From positions 134,720 through 198,719 of the forward strand of contig JANQOQ010000004.1 of assembly GCA_028285755.1 (NCBI GenBank): a stretch of 64,000 bases of DNA, read 5' to 3'. This DNA is from Puniceicoccaceae bacterium. Lineage in GTDB: Bacteria > Verrucomicrobiota > Verrucomicrobiia > Opitutales > JAFGAQ01. A model generated the notes under the pieces. That model ran no database searches. It saw only the letters and a list, made by a program, of their open reading frames with translations, and was not told the DNA's origin. The position numbers were made by a program, and so were the translations under genes. How positions within the stretch are numbered: position 1 is the stretch's first letter; each line of letters starts with the position of its first letter. Shown piece after piece: positions 16,696 through 25,249 of the stretch.

Positions 16696-16896
16696 TTAAG
16701 TTCGTTTCCTGTAATCTGTAGTCAACTCGCCTGCAAATCCCCAATTATCTTCATCTATCTCATCAATTACAATATGGATATGCTCAGGTTTCTTATCCAA
16801 ATGTTTAACCAGAGAATCTGTTATATCAGCTATTATCTTCTGCTTGATCTCTCGGGTAACTCCATTCCGGGTCACCTTTACATTTACATAGGGCAT
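16696..16896 (-). CDS. 4-oxalocrotonate tautomerase family protein
   Basis: 66 aa. MPYVNVKVTRNGVTREIKQKIIADITDSLVKHL has the catalytic Pro1 and typical tautomerase length and pattern. Confidence 0.8.
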   Translation of the reverse strand: MPYVNVKVTRNGVTREIKQKIIADITDSLVKHLDKKPEHIHIVIDEIDEDNWGFAGELTTDYRKRT

Positions 16897-16914
16897 GTTG
16901 GCAAAATGGTTGAA

Positions 16915-17232
16915 CTAGTTAAAGGATTTCCCACACCCGCAGGTTTCCTTGGCATTCGGATTTTTCACTTCAAAGCCCTTGCCTTGCAGACCATCGTCAA
17001 AATCAAGCACCGAACCCTGAATCAGTTGCATGCTATCGGGATCAATAATCACTTCACAATCATCCTTCAACACCCGGTGATCGTCACTAGCAGGGGAATC
17101 AAACTTCATACCATACTCCATGCCGGAACATCCTCCCTGGGAAACAAACACCCGCAGCCGTGCCGACTCATCGTCATGATGGTTCTGCAATTCCCTAATT
17201 TTCGCTACAGCCTGATCTGTAATCGTAACCAT
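16915..17232 (-). CDS. Iron-sulfur cluster insertion/assembly protein (HesB/IscA/ErpA family)
   Basis: 105 aa. ..VFVSQGGCSGMEYGMKFD.. and C-terminal ..CGCGKSFN carry the three conserved A-type carrier cysteines. Confidence 0.9.
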   Translation of the reverse strand: MVTITDQAVAKIRELQNHHDDESARLRVFVSQGGCSGMEYGMKFDSPASDDHRVLKDDCEVIIDPDSMQLIQGSVLDFDDGLQGKGFEVKNPNAKETCGCGKSFN

Positions 17233-17364
17233 AAATTACAAATCTAAGCATTCAGCATTTCAAATCAAGTGGTAAAAACGATTACCCCCTGATTGAAGCA
17301 AATTTCATGCAAATCATGTAAAGAAACTTGATTTATTAATATCCATCATACAACATCACCCACA

Positions 17365-18822
17365 ATGGCGCAAGGCTTACAACAGGTTCAAAAGCAAACT
17401 CAATCGATTGTTCTGGCACCCCAGCTCAGACAATCCCTCAAAATTTTGCAAGTACCGGCCGTTGAGTTAAGATCGACCATTCTCGAAGAGCTTCAAATCA
17501 ATCCGACCCTCGAAGAGCTACCCAATGATGGCGTCACTATAGACAGTATGTCATCAGATTCCAGTGAGAACAACAGCTCCGAGAGTAATGAAAACACCAA
17601 TGAGGAGCTCGATTTCAAAGAAGACTACGACATCTTCAACAAGCTCGATGAAGACTGGAAGGAATACTTCGCCCAGGAGAATGGGAATCGCGTCTACAGC
17701 TCGGAAGACGCCAAAAAACGCCAGCATTTTTTTGATTCACTCGTGAGCGAAAAGTCTCTCCAGGAGCATCTGACCTCTCAGGCAGAACTTACCGATACCA
17801 GCGAAGATGAGATGCGTGCGATCGAGTATTTCATCGGTTCTCTGGATAAACATGGCTTTTTAACCGACAGTCTCTCAGATATTTCGCTGAAGACCGGCAT
17901 CCCCTTTCGCGCAGTTCAAAGTGCCCATAAAATATTCCTGACATTCGATCCCAAGGGTATTGGCTGCTTTGATTTGCAAGACTGTCTTCTCTTTCAGCTC
18001 GAAAGTGAAGGCAAGAAAAAGGCGTTGGCCTACAAAATAGTCAAAGAACACTTTAAACTATTGCTTAGGAGACGCATCCCGGAAATTGCGCGTAAGACCT
18101 CTGCATCCATTTTTGAAACACAAAATGCCTTTGAGGAAATATCCGTTCTGGATCCATCCCCGGCAAGTAAGTTCTCGGAGGATACCAACCGGGTAATCGT
18201 TCCGGATGTCTCAGTAAAAAAGCGGGAGGATGAGTGGGAGATTACCCTCAACAATGAGCTGATCCCACGCCTGCGCATCAACAGTGCATATAAAGAAATG
18301 CTCGCCAAGGGCCGGATGAATTCAAAAGAGAAGGCCTACATTCAAGACAAGATGAGGTCAGGAAAATTTTTGATGAACTCCATCGAGCAACGGCAACAAA
18401 CAATCGAGAATATCACCCGCCAGCTTTTAAACTTTCAGCGGGATTTCTTCGAGCATGGGGTATCTGCCTTAAAACCACTGACCATGAGCCAGGTGGCAGA
18501 AATCGTCGGCGTGCATGAAACCACTGTCAGCCGAGCGATTGCCAACAAGTATATCGATACACCGCACGGGATCTTCGAGTTTAAGTATTTCTTTAATCCG
18601 GGATTACAATCCGGAGACGGTCAGAGCATTTCCAATAAAAGTGTTAAGGAGTCCATTGCCCTGATTATTGAAGGTGAAGACCCGGCAAAACCCCTCAGTG
18701 ACCAGGAAATTGTGCGCATCCTCGGCGAGCGTGATATCAAAATTGCTCGTCGAACCGTCGCCAAGTATCGTGAAGAGATGGGCATTTTGCCAACCAATCT
18801 ACGCAGGCGCTATCGTCACTAA
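17365..18822 (+). CDS. rpoN: RNA polymerase sigma-54 factor
   Basis: 485 aa. N-terminal Gln/Leu-rich region I (LAPQLRQSLKILQ), an acidic region II, an HTH, and the RpoN box ARRTVAKYREEMGI. Confidence 0.95.
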   Translation: MAQGLQQVQKQTQSIVLAPQLRQSLKILQVPAVELRSTILEELQINPTLEELPNDGVTIDSMSSDSSENNSSESNENTNEELDFKEDYDIFNKLDEDWKEYFAQENGNRVYSSEDAKKRQHFFDSLVSEKSLQEHLTSQAELTDTSEDEMRAIEYFIGSLDKHGFLTDSLSDISLKTGIPFRAVQSAHKIFLTFDPKGIGCFDLQDCLLFQLESEGKKKALAYKIVKEHFKLLLRRRIPEIARKTSASIFETQNAFEEISVLDPSPASKFSEDTNRVIVPDVSVKKREDEWEITLNNELIPRLRINSAYKEMLAKGRMNSKEKAYIQDKMRSGKFLMNSIEQRQQTIENITRQLLNFQRDFFEHGVSALKPLTMSQVAEIVGVHETTVSRAIANKYIDTPHGIFEFKYFFNPGLQSGDGQSISNKSVKESIALIIEGEDPAKPLSDQEIVRILGERDIKIARRTVAKYREEMGILPTNLRRRYRH

Positions 18823-18827
18823 GGCCG

Positions 18828-19517
18828 ATGCAGTCCCTTCTCTCTGATCATTTGGCAGACGATTACTGGCTGGTATTGGACTCGAGCGCACCCAGGCTCC
18901 AACTAAGCTTGTTTCAAGGAGAGCGCGTTATTGAATACAAGTGCGTGACCGGCGATGCCGTCGAACACCTTATTGAGAGCGTTACGGACTTACTTAAGAA
19001 CAACCGTGTAAGCATCAGCAATATTGATCATTTCGTATACTGTCAGGGACCGGGAAGCATACTGGGTATCCGTATTGCTGTCATGGCAATCAAAACGTGG
19101 GTAGCAGTCAAAAACCCCTCTAAACCGGCAAATGTATATAGCTATCATTCTTTGAGTGCCGCGCTTGTTCACTTATTAAATAAAACAAATACACAGAATC
19201 AGAAAGTAGCCGTTACTGCAGAATGGAAAAAAAACTACTGGAATGTAGCTGAATCTGAGGGCGATAACACACAGATTCAGGTTTGGGATACCCAAAAGCT
19301 ACTCGATTACCCGGATAAGCTATACTTGCTGCCCCAGAAAAAACTATGGACTTCACTGCCTATGGAGCTGCCCACGGTTGATTACAGTATTGAAATGCTC
19401 ACCCAGCCAGATTTCCGCCGGGCACTGCTTTCGCCTGCGGATGGCTGGCCCATCTATACACCGGAGGCTAAAAACTACGCAAAGTGGTCCGGTAAACGCC
19501 ACCGCAAGCAGGAATAA
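18828..19517 (+). CDS. tsaB: TsaB/YeaZ-like protein (tRNA t6A biosynthesis, peptidase M22 family, inactive paralogue type)
   Basis: 229 aa. ..LVLDSSAPRLQLSL.. and ..FVYCQGPGSILGIRIAVMAIKTW.. match the GPGSFTGLRIG block of TsaB. It starts 5 nt after rpoN. Confidence 0.6.
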   Translation: MQSLLSDHLADDYWLVLDSSAPRLQLSLFQGERVIEYKCVTGDAVEHLIESVTDLLKNNRVSISNIDHFVYCQGPGSILGIRIAVMAIKTWVAVKNPSKPANVYSYHSLSAALVHLLNKTNTQNQKVAVTAEWKKNYWNVAESEGDNTQIQVWDTQKLLDYPDKLYLLPQKKLWTSLPMELPTVDYSIEMLTQPDFRRALLSPADGWPIYTPEAKNYAKWSGKRHRKQE

Positions 19518-19740
19518 ATAAAAAAGAGACTTGATTCATCCGATTTTTAATAGTTAATTATTACACGATGGAGTTAAACAAGGTTGCTGTTTGTTGCGCC
19601 TAAATTCATTTCAAGCTACACCCAACACGCTTGAATCCTATTCTTAAACTTTACCAATCTTAGTTTTTTCGCATACGCGGGCCTCACTGCATTTGTATTA
19701 GCGATGCTCCGGTGTGTGAGTGACATGTATTAATATATAG

Positions 19741-20913
19741 ATGAGCGATCAGGATAAAAAACCTGAAAATCAGGAAGATGCTGCCAATAATAAGGTAGAA
19801 GTATCAGGCATTTTAGAAATCACGAGTGGCAAGACCGGTCAGTTATTGAATCCTGACCGCAATGGTAAGTCCTACCCGAGCGATCCCTTTGTTTCCAAAG
19901 AATTGATCCGGCGATTTAAACTCAAACAGGGGAATTTCATTGATGCAATCGCCCAACATGATGGGCGCTACCCAAACCCCAAAGTGCGGTACATCCAGAA
20001 AATCGATGGTCTGACTGTGGATGAACGCAAAAAGTGCATTCGCTTTAACGAGCTTACAACCATCACTCCGGATGAACAATTAAAGCTCGAAACCAAGGAC
20101 CACCGTATGACCAACCGGGTGATGGATTTATTCTGCCCGATAGGAAAAGGCCAGCGCGGACTCATCGTCGCCCCACCCCGTACCGGAAAGACGACCATGC
20201 TGCACGATATCGCAGCCGGTGTGCTCGAGAATAATCCGGAGTGTCATGTAATGGTATTGCTGGTAGACGAACGTCCTGAAGAAGTGACGGATTTCAAGCG
20301 TAGTGTACCCGCCGAGGTATTTGCTTCATCCAATGACGAGCCGATCGAAAACCATTTAAGAGTAGCTGAGCTTGCAATCGAGCGGGCGAAGCGACTCACC
20401 GAAGCACGCCGTGATGTTGTGCTGCTTATTGATTCCTTGACCCGCCTCTCACGCGCATTCAATTCAGCCAAAGGAGGAGGAGGCAGGACTATGACCGGTG
20501 GTCTGGATATACGCGCACTGGAAAAGCCGCGTCAGATCTTTTCATCCGCACGGCTTACCGAGGAAGCGGGAAGTTTGACCATCGTTGCAACTGCCCTGAT
20601 CGAAACCGGCAGTAAAATGGATGAGCTCATTTTCCAGGAATTTAAGGGCACCGGGAATATGGAAATTGTGCTTGATCGCAAGGTGGCAGAGTTGCGAATC
20701 TGGCCGGCAATTAACATAAATTCATCCGGTACAAGAAAGGAAGAACTGTTGCTCGAACATAGCACCCTTGAGAAGATTAAATTTTTCCGCCGCGCACTTG
20801 CACCTCAGAAACCGATTGATTCTGCGGAAAATCTGATTTCACGCATGGAACAGGCACCTACCAATCTTGCTTTCCTCAAATTACTCGACTTATCCGCGCG
20901 CGTGGCGCGCTAA
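19741..20913 (+). CDS. rho: Transcription termination factor Rho
   Basis: 390 aa. OB-fold RNA-binding N-terminus, ..DLFCPIGKGQRGLIVAPPRTGKTTMLHDIA.. (Walker A), ..VLLIDSLTRLSRA.. and ..GSLTIVATALIETGSKMD... Confidence 0.95.
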   Translation: MSDQDKKPENQEDAANNKVEVSGILEITSGKTGQLLNPDRNGKSYPSDPFVSKELIRRFKLKQGNFIDAIAQHDGRYPNPKVRYIQKIDGLTVDERKKCIRFNELTTITPDEQLKLETKDHRMTNRVMDLFCPIGKGQRGLIVAPPRTGKTTMLHDIAAGVLENNPECHVMVLLVDERPEEVTDFKRSVPAEVFASSNDEPIENHLRVAELAIERAKRLTEARRDVVLLIDSLTRLSRAFNSAKGGGGRTMTGGLDIRALEKPRQIFSSARLTEEAGSLTIVATALIETGSKMDELIFQEFKGTGNMEIVLDRKVAELRIWPAININSSGTRKEELLLEHSTLEKIKFFRRALAPQKPIDSAENLISRMEQAPTNLAFLKLLDLSARVAR

Positions 20914-20924
20914 TGGATTTTTTT
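20893..20924 (+). terminator. Intrinsic terminator candidate at the 3' end of rho
   Basis: tcc-gcgcgc (20893-20901) pairs with gcgcgc (20905-20910) and gga (20915-20917), with loop gtg and a 4-nt bulge taat. It is followed directly by T7 (20918-20924). The stem overlaps the last codons and stop of rho. Confidence 0.5.
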
Positions 20925-21078
20925 AAAATTGGCGTCTTGACAAGGCTAAATGGCCTAAGGTAAAACCCAACGCTTACCCGGAAATTCAAGTGCATCGCAT
21001 TCTGTATTTCTGAGTAACATCTGATTGTCACTCTAACCTAACAAACAGATACAGACTCATACTCTAGTTTACTGATTA

Positions 21079-22845
21079 ATGGAACACCCATTTGCTGAAC
21101 AGTGCCAGGATCTCGCTGCATCCATTTTGGCCAATAATCTGAGCGCCATCCAGGAAGATGGTACGGTTCTTCCGGTGGAAGGAGAATCTTCACGCCTGGA
21201 TGAACCGGGTCATGCTGCCCTGGCAATCGGTGAGTATTATAGAGCTACTGGAGAAGCAAAACTCGAGGGCTATGACTTGGTAGACCTAAGTGCCCGCTGC
21301 GTTACCAATCAGGCATTTACCGAGCAGGACACTGATAACGGTATCGCCTACACGGGTCTAGGTTTACTCTCTTTCGGCCCTTCCAAGGAGCGTAATCTCG
21401 TATGGGAGCGCCTGGTTGAGCAAACTCGCGAAAATTTGGATAAAATGCTGCTCCAGCGCAGTCGCTTTGCTCATGACCAACAGGCTTATAACATCGGTAA
21501 AGCAGTGACTCGCTTCAGTATGGGGCTTTCCAAAAAGGATGAGACGGGTAAGCTAATCGAGCGCTTTATCAGCTCTATTCAGGAGCATAGCAGCGCGGGT
21601 TTTGTAGATGCTTTGCCCGAACGTAGTATGGGAGGATGCTTCGACATATGGGGGATCAGCAGCTTTGTATTTATCAGGCAGGCACTACAACTACACAGTA
21701 ATATTCACCTGCGCGATCGCAAACTGCCTACTTTGCGCACCTACGCTGAGAAGTACGTAAAGATCATTCCTGATACGCTACGCATTGACGGCCTTGGCTG
21801 GAATACCGGGGAAGCAGCGGGTGCTTACGCACAAATGCATAGCATCAGCCTCGTGTTGCAGGCCATGCGTGATGAGTGGATTACCGAGGATAAAAAACCG
21901 ATCTTCCTGGATGCACTGCGCAAGCTCTTCTATTACTTCTTTGCAACGTATATCGATCAGGAGACCGGTTATCTTGTAATTCGTGATGCCGAGCGCTCAA
22001 CGATAACCCGGCATACGACCCGCATGGCTAACTTTGACGCCGCGCGCTACCTCAGCCAGTGGGCACGTCTTGCCAAGAGTATCCATGCATCGATCGATGA
22101 TGCGGCTTCCACCAAATCCCGCAGCACGGGCCGTTATATCATATTTGATAAATCCAACAAAAAAGAACAGGGCTTATTCATATACCATAATGCGAGCAAC
22201 GGCCTCGTCGTTCAACTGCCGCTCATCGCTCCCCGTGATACCAATAGCTGTGACAGCCTCGCATTCCCTCACTGTCCCGGTATTTTTGATTGGCCCGTAG
22301 AGCATTTTGTGCCGACTTTGCTGCCGGAACTGACCTTCAATGGCCAGAAGGTAATTCCTGCCTACTATGGAAAGCAATGCGTCACCGGTCTCGGTTTACG
22401 TAATTCTTTTTTCTTTAAATACGAACAACCCGAATTCATTTCAACCGAAGGGGAAATCGTATCGGGCATTGGAAATGTGAAGGTTAAGTGGACCTTTTTT
22501 GAGAACTCCATCCAAAGCGAATTTGTCTACATGGTGAACAATGTCACTCAGATGGATTCATTGGCCTACAATATCTGCCTGAGCGCTCCTCATTCCCGCT
22601 ATACCCTCGGAACTTCGCTTAAACTGGGGCCTGAAAGCCTCCGACCGACTGTTTTGAAAAACGACTTTCAGGCAGAATGGGCAGACAATGAGGTGGTATC
22701 GAACGATCCCAAATTTCGCTCTTACTTTGGAAAAATCCACTACGTACAGGTGCTTCGACGCAGCCACCCGCTAATCATGCGGCCCGGGATCCAATACAAA
22801 CTGGTGATCCAGTTTGAGCCGGACATCCAGTTTGTCGAAGAATAA
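21079..22845 (+). CDS. Hypothetical cytoplasmic protein (588 aa), no family recognised
   Basis: Long uninterrupted ORF with no signal peptide. The helix-rich N-terminal two-thirds and beta-rich C-terminal third suggest, by inference only, an alpha-toroid plus beta-sandwich layout as in some glycan lyases/hydrolases. Confidence 0.6.
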   Translation: MEHPFAEQCQDLAASILANNLSAIQEDGTVLPVEGESSRLDEPGHAALAIGEYYRATGEAKLEGYDLVDLSARCVTNQAFTEQDTDNGIAYTGLGLLSFGPSKERNLVWERLVEQTRENLDKMLLQRSRFAHDQQAYNIGKAVTRFSMGLSKKDETGKLIERFISSIQEHSSAGFVDALPERSMGGCFDIWGISSFVFIRQALQLHSNIHLRDRKLPTLRTYAEKYVKIIPDTLRIDGLGWNTGEAAGAYAQMHSISLVLQAMRDEWITEDKKPIFLDALRKLFYYFFATYIDQETGYLVIRDAERSTITRHTTRMANFDAARYLSQWARLAKSIHASIDDAASTKSRSTGRYIIFDKSNKKEQGLFIYHNASNGLVVQLPLIAPRDTNSCDSLAFPHCPGIFDWPVEHFVPTLLPELTFNGQKVIPAYYGKQCVTGLGLRNSFFFKYEQPEFISTEGEIVSGIGNVKVKWTFFENSIQSEFVYMVNNVTQMDSLAYNICLSAPHSRYTLGTSLKLGPESLRPTVLKNDFQAEWADNEVVSNDPKFRSYFGKIHYVQVLRRSHPLIMRPGIQYKLVIQFEPDIQFVEE

Positions 22846-22964
22846 TTGTGCACGATTCCTGCTAAGAAATAGCTTAAGTTATTTTTACATTTCACGATAA
22901 TTCATTGAGCGAGCACTACCAACGAGTGCGCGCGCAGTGATTTGTCCGAAAACAGAGATATATT

Positions 22965-23363
22965 GTGCCTTTAAAAATTACACTCAAACCGGATGAGAAG
23001 ATCTACATCAATGGAGCCTTGCTTACCAATGGAGATCACTCCACTACCCTTTTTGTGGAAAACAAAGTCCGACTGCTGAGGGAGAAGGAAATCATGACTC
23101 CCGACAAAGCGGACTCTGTCTGCAAAAACATCTACCTGGCCATCCAGATGATGTATTTTGAACCTCAGAACGTTCGCAAGTATCACCAAACCTACTGGAA
23201 TCTGGTGAGGCAACTCACTGAGGCTGCACCCAGTACCGCTGAGATGATCCACGATATCAGTGAGAAAATTTTGACTGAAGAGTATTACTCTGCGCTTAAG
23301 AAAACCAAAAAGCTTGTTGAATACGAGCAAACGCTAATGAACCATGCCAAAGCCGCCTTATAA
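22965..23363 (+). CDS. flbT: FlbT-family protein (flagellin translation repressor family)
   Basis: 132 aa with a GTG start. MPLKITLKPDEKIYINGALLTNGDHSTTLFVENKVRLLREKEIMTPDKADSVCKNIYLAIQMMYFEP is co-linear with the FlbT family N-terminal consensus (M.LK..LKPGE...INGAV..NG......N...ILREKDI). Confidence 0.8.
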   Translation: MPLKITLKPDEKIYINGALLTNGDHSTTLFVENKVRLLREKEIMTPDKADSVCKNIYLAIQMMYFEPQNVRKYHQTYWNLVRQLTEAAPSTAEMIHDISEKILTEEYYSALKKTKKLVEYEQTLMNHAKAAL

Positions 23364-23733
23364 CCCCTACGAAAAAACCCAAAAGGATACCTTGCCTGGG
23401 ATAGATATCGAGCTTACCGTGCTTGAAAAAGCTTCGGCCATGTTACGCCGCTGCCAGGAGAATTGGGTAGAAAACGAATTCGACCGATCTCTGGACGACG
23501 CACTGCGATACAATCAAAAGATCTGGGATGTGCTCCAAAACGATTGGCGTAGCAATGATTGCCAGCTTTCAAAATCTTTGCGCGAAAATCTGCTGAGCCT
23601 GGGTATGTTTATGCGCAAAACTTCACTGGATATCATGGCATACCCGGAAAAAGAGAAGCTCAATGCGCTCATCCAGGTAAACGAACACTTGGCTTCCGGA
23701 TTGAAAAACCAGAAACAGAACGTAAACGCCTAA
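23344..23733 (+). CDS. flaF: FlaF-family protein (flagellar biosynthesis regulator)
   Basis: 129 aa. ..ALRYNQKIWDVL.., ..CQLSKSLRENLLSLGMF.. and ..LIQVNEHLASGL.. align block-for-block with Caulobacter-type FlaF (ALHRNREVW.., NQLPDALRAQIISLGLW.., LIAVNRSIMEGL). It overlaps flbT by 20 nt. Confidence 0.7.
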   Translation: MPKPPYNPYEKTQKDTLPGIDIELTVLEKASAMLRRCQENWVENEFDRSLDDALRYNQKIWDVLQNDWRSNDCQLSKSLRENLLSLGMFMRKTSLDIMAYPEKEKLNALIQVNEHLASGLKNQKQNVNA

Positions 23734-23740
23734 AACGTGC

Positions 23741-24025
23741 GTGAGTCATCTGCGTTTAAACGAATTTGCCAGACAGTTACCTATCCAGGCCCTCTCACAT
23801 ACCTGGGACGCTACGACCGTCGATCTACAGAAGTTTGTAGGTTTGTTGCAGCAAGCACTTAAAGGTTTAGCGAACAACCCCTCGGCCATAGAGGAAGCGT
23901 CTGAAATATTATCTCATGTTAAATCCATCTTGGGGAGCCGCTCTCCCAGCTATTTGTATGATACTTTCCAAAGCTTCATTCTTCCCATTTTAGAACATTG
24001 GGAAAGTTTTGAAAAAGCAAATTAG
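23741..24025 (+). CDS. Hypothetical small protein (94 aa)
   Basis: ORF with a GTG start 7 nt after flaF. Predicted helical. No family recognised. Confidence 0.4.
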   Translation: MSHLRLNEFARQLPIQALSHTWDATTVDLQKFVGLLQQALKGLANNPSAIEEASEILSHVKSILGSRSPSYLYDTFQSFILPILEHWESFEKAN

Positions 24026-24081
24026 CGGACTAAAAGAGTCTTGATTTATGGAGATATTACGAGTGGAGTCACCTATTCAAT

Positions 24082-24612
24082 ATGGATAGAGCTACGCTAG
24101 CCCAACAAATCTACACAATTGCGAATATTCGCGGCGAATTTAAACTCCGCTCCGGCGCAACGAGCGATCAGTATTTTGATAAGTACCGCTTCGAGGCCCA
24201 GCCCACACTACTGAAAGCGATTGCCGAACACATGGCAGCGCTTGTACCCGCCGGCACCGAAGTCATAGCGGGACTGGAGATGGGCGGCATCCCGCTGGCC
24301 ACCATGCTATCGCAAATCACGCAAATCCCCACAGCCTTTATTCGCAAGGAAGCGAAGTCCTACGGCACCTGCCAATTTGCTGAGGGCACTGATATCCGGG
24401 GAAAAAAAGTTCTGATGATTGAGGATGTCGTAACATCCGGGGGCCAGGTGATTCTCTCTGCTACGGATCTTCGTAGCCTGGATGCAAAGTTAGGATGCGT
24501 ATTATGCGTGATTGACCGCGAACAGGGCGGACGTGAAAAAATCGCAAATGCAGATCTGGAATTAAAGGCACTTTTTACACGAACAGAGCTGGAAACGGCT
24601 GCCGGTATCTAA
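24082..24612 (+). CDS. pyrE: Orotate phosphoribosyltransferase
   Basis: 176 aa with ..GEFKLRSGATSDQYFDKYRF.. and the PRPP-binding ..VLMIEDVVTSGGQ... Confidence 0.9.
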   Translation: MDRATLAQQIYTIANIRGEFKLRSGATSDQYFDKYRFEAQPTLLKAIAEHMAALVPAGTEVIAGLEMGGIPLATMLSQITQIPTAFIRKEAKSYGTCQFAEGTDIRGKKVLMIEDVVTSGGQVILSATDLRSLDAKLGCVLCVIDREQGGREKIANADLELKALFTRTELETAAGI

Positions 24613-24718
24613 ACATTCGCGGTCTTTTGATAAAAATTCCGTAAAAAGCATCATTTTGAATGTAAACCAGGATTATAATGACGATTGCTAATACCCAAAC
24701 ACAAGTAGTATTAGCACG

Positions 24719-25213
24719 GTGCAAAAGATTCTCCATCAGAATACCCATTCTGAACTGAAGGTGGTAAACTTTCAGGATTGCCTTATTGTGACCCCTTCCA
24801 ATTGCGGCCAACTCCAGTTAGCGCGCTGGTTTTGTTCACTCTATCTTTCAGATCAGGACATGCCTGTATTTGCAGCGTTAGAAAATAGTGCCATAAACCC
24901 CTGGCTCGCCTACACGATGGAGGAGTATGATAATGAATTCGATAGTCGCACTCCTCCGACCCTGTTCGAATTGTATCCAAACCAAAGGCATTTTGAGCAA
25001 ATATTTGCACTGGGGCACATTGATACTTTTGAAAAACAACAACCTTTCTTTTCGACAATACGCTCCCTCTTCGGCAGTGATAGCAGTATCCGTCCTATTA
25101 ACGTCCATAATCCTGAGGACGTCATCCTCGGCACATCTGCCGAAATGCTCAAGGCCGCCAAGGAACTTCGGGATGAAATCGAACTGGAGATTGCCAAACT
25201 TGTGGAAATCTAA
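24719..25213 (+). CDS. Hypothetical protein (164 aa)
   Basis: ORF with a GTG start and no recognised family. The start is uncertain, since the next in-frame Met is about 48 codons in. Confidence 0.4.
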   Translation: MQKILHQNTHSELKVVNFQDCLIVTPSNCGQLQLARWFCSLYLSDQDMPVFAALENSAINPWLAYTMEEYDNEFDSRTPPTLFELYPNQRHFEQIFALGHIDTFEKQQPFFSTIRSLFGSDSSIRPINVHNPEDVILGTSAEMLKAAKELRDEIELEIAKLVEI

Positions 25214-25249
25214 TTGAAGCTCACCTTATATTTGTCTAGCCAATAGACA

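Noticed and set aside
16774-17247. 157-aa plus-strand ORF spanning the tautomerase and IscA-like genes
   Set aside because: It overlaps two well-supported minus-strand genes. Its sequence has no recognisable features.
22848-22863. Sigma-54-like promoter GTGCACG-N4-CTGCT upstream of flbT
   Set aside because: The invariant GG of the -24 element is TG here, and the -12 element is CTGC rather than TTGC. That is too degenerate to call. I found no canonical TGGCAC-N5-TTGC in any intergenic region of the window.
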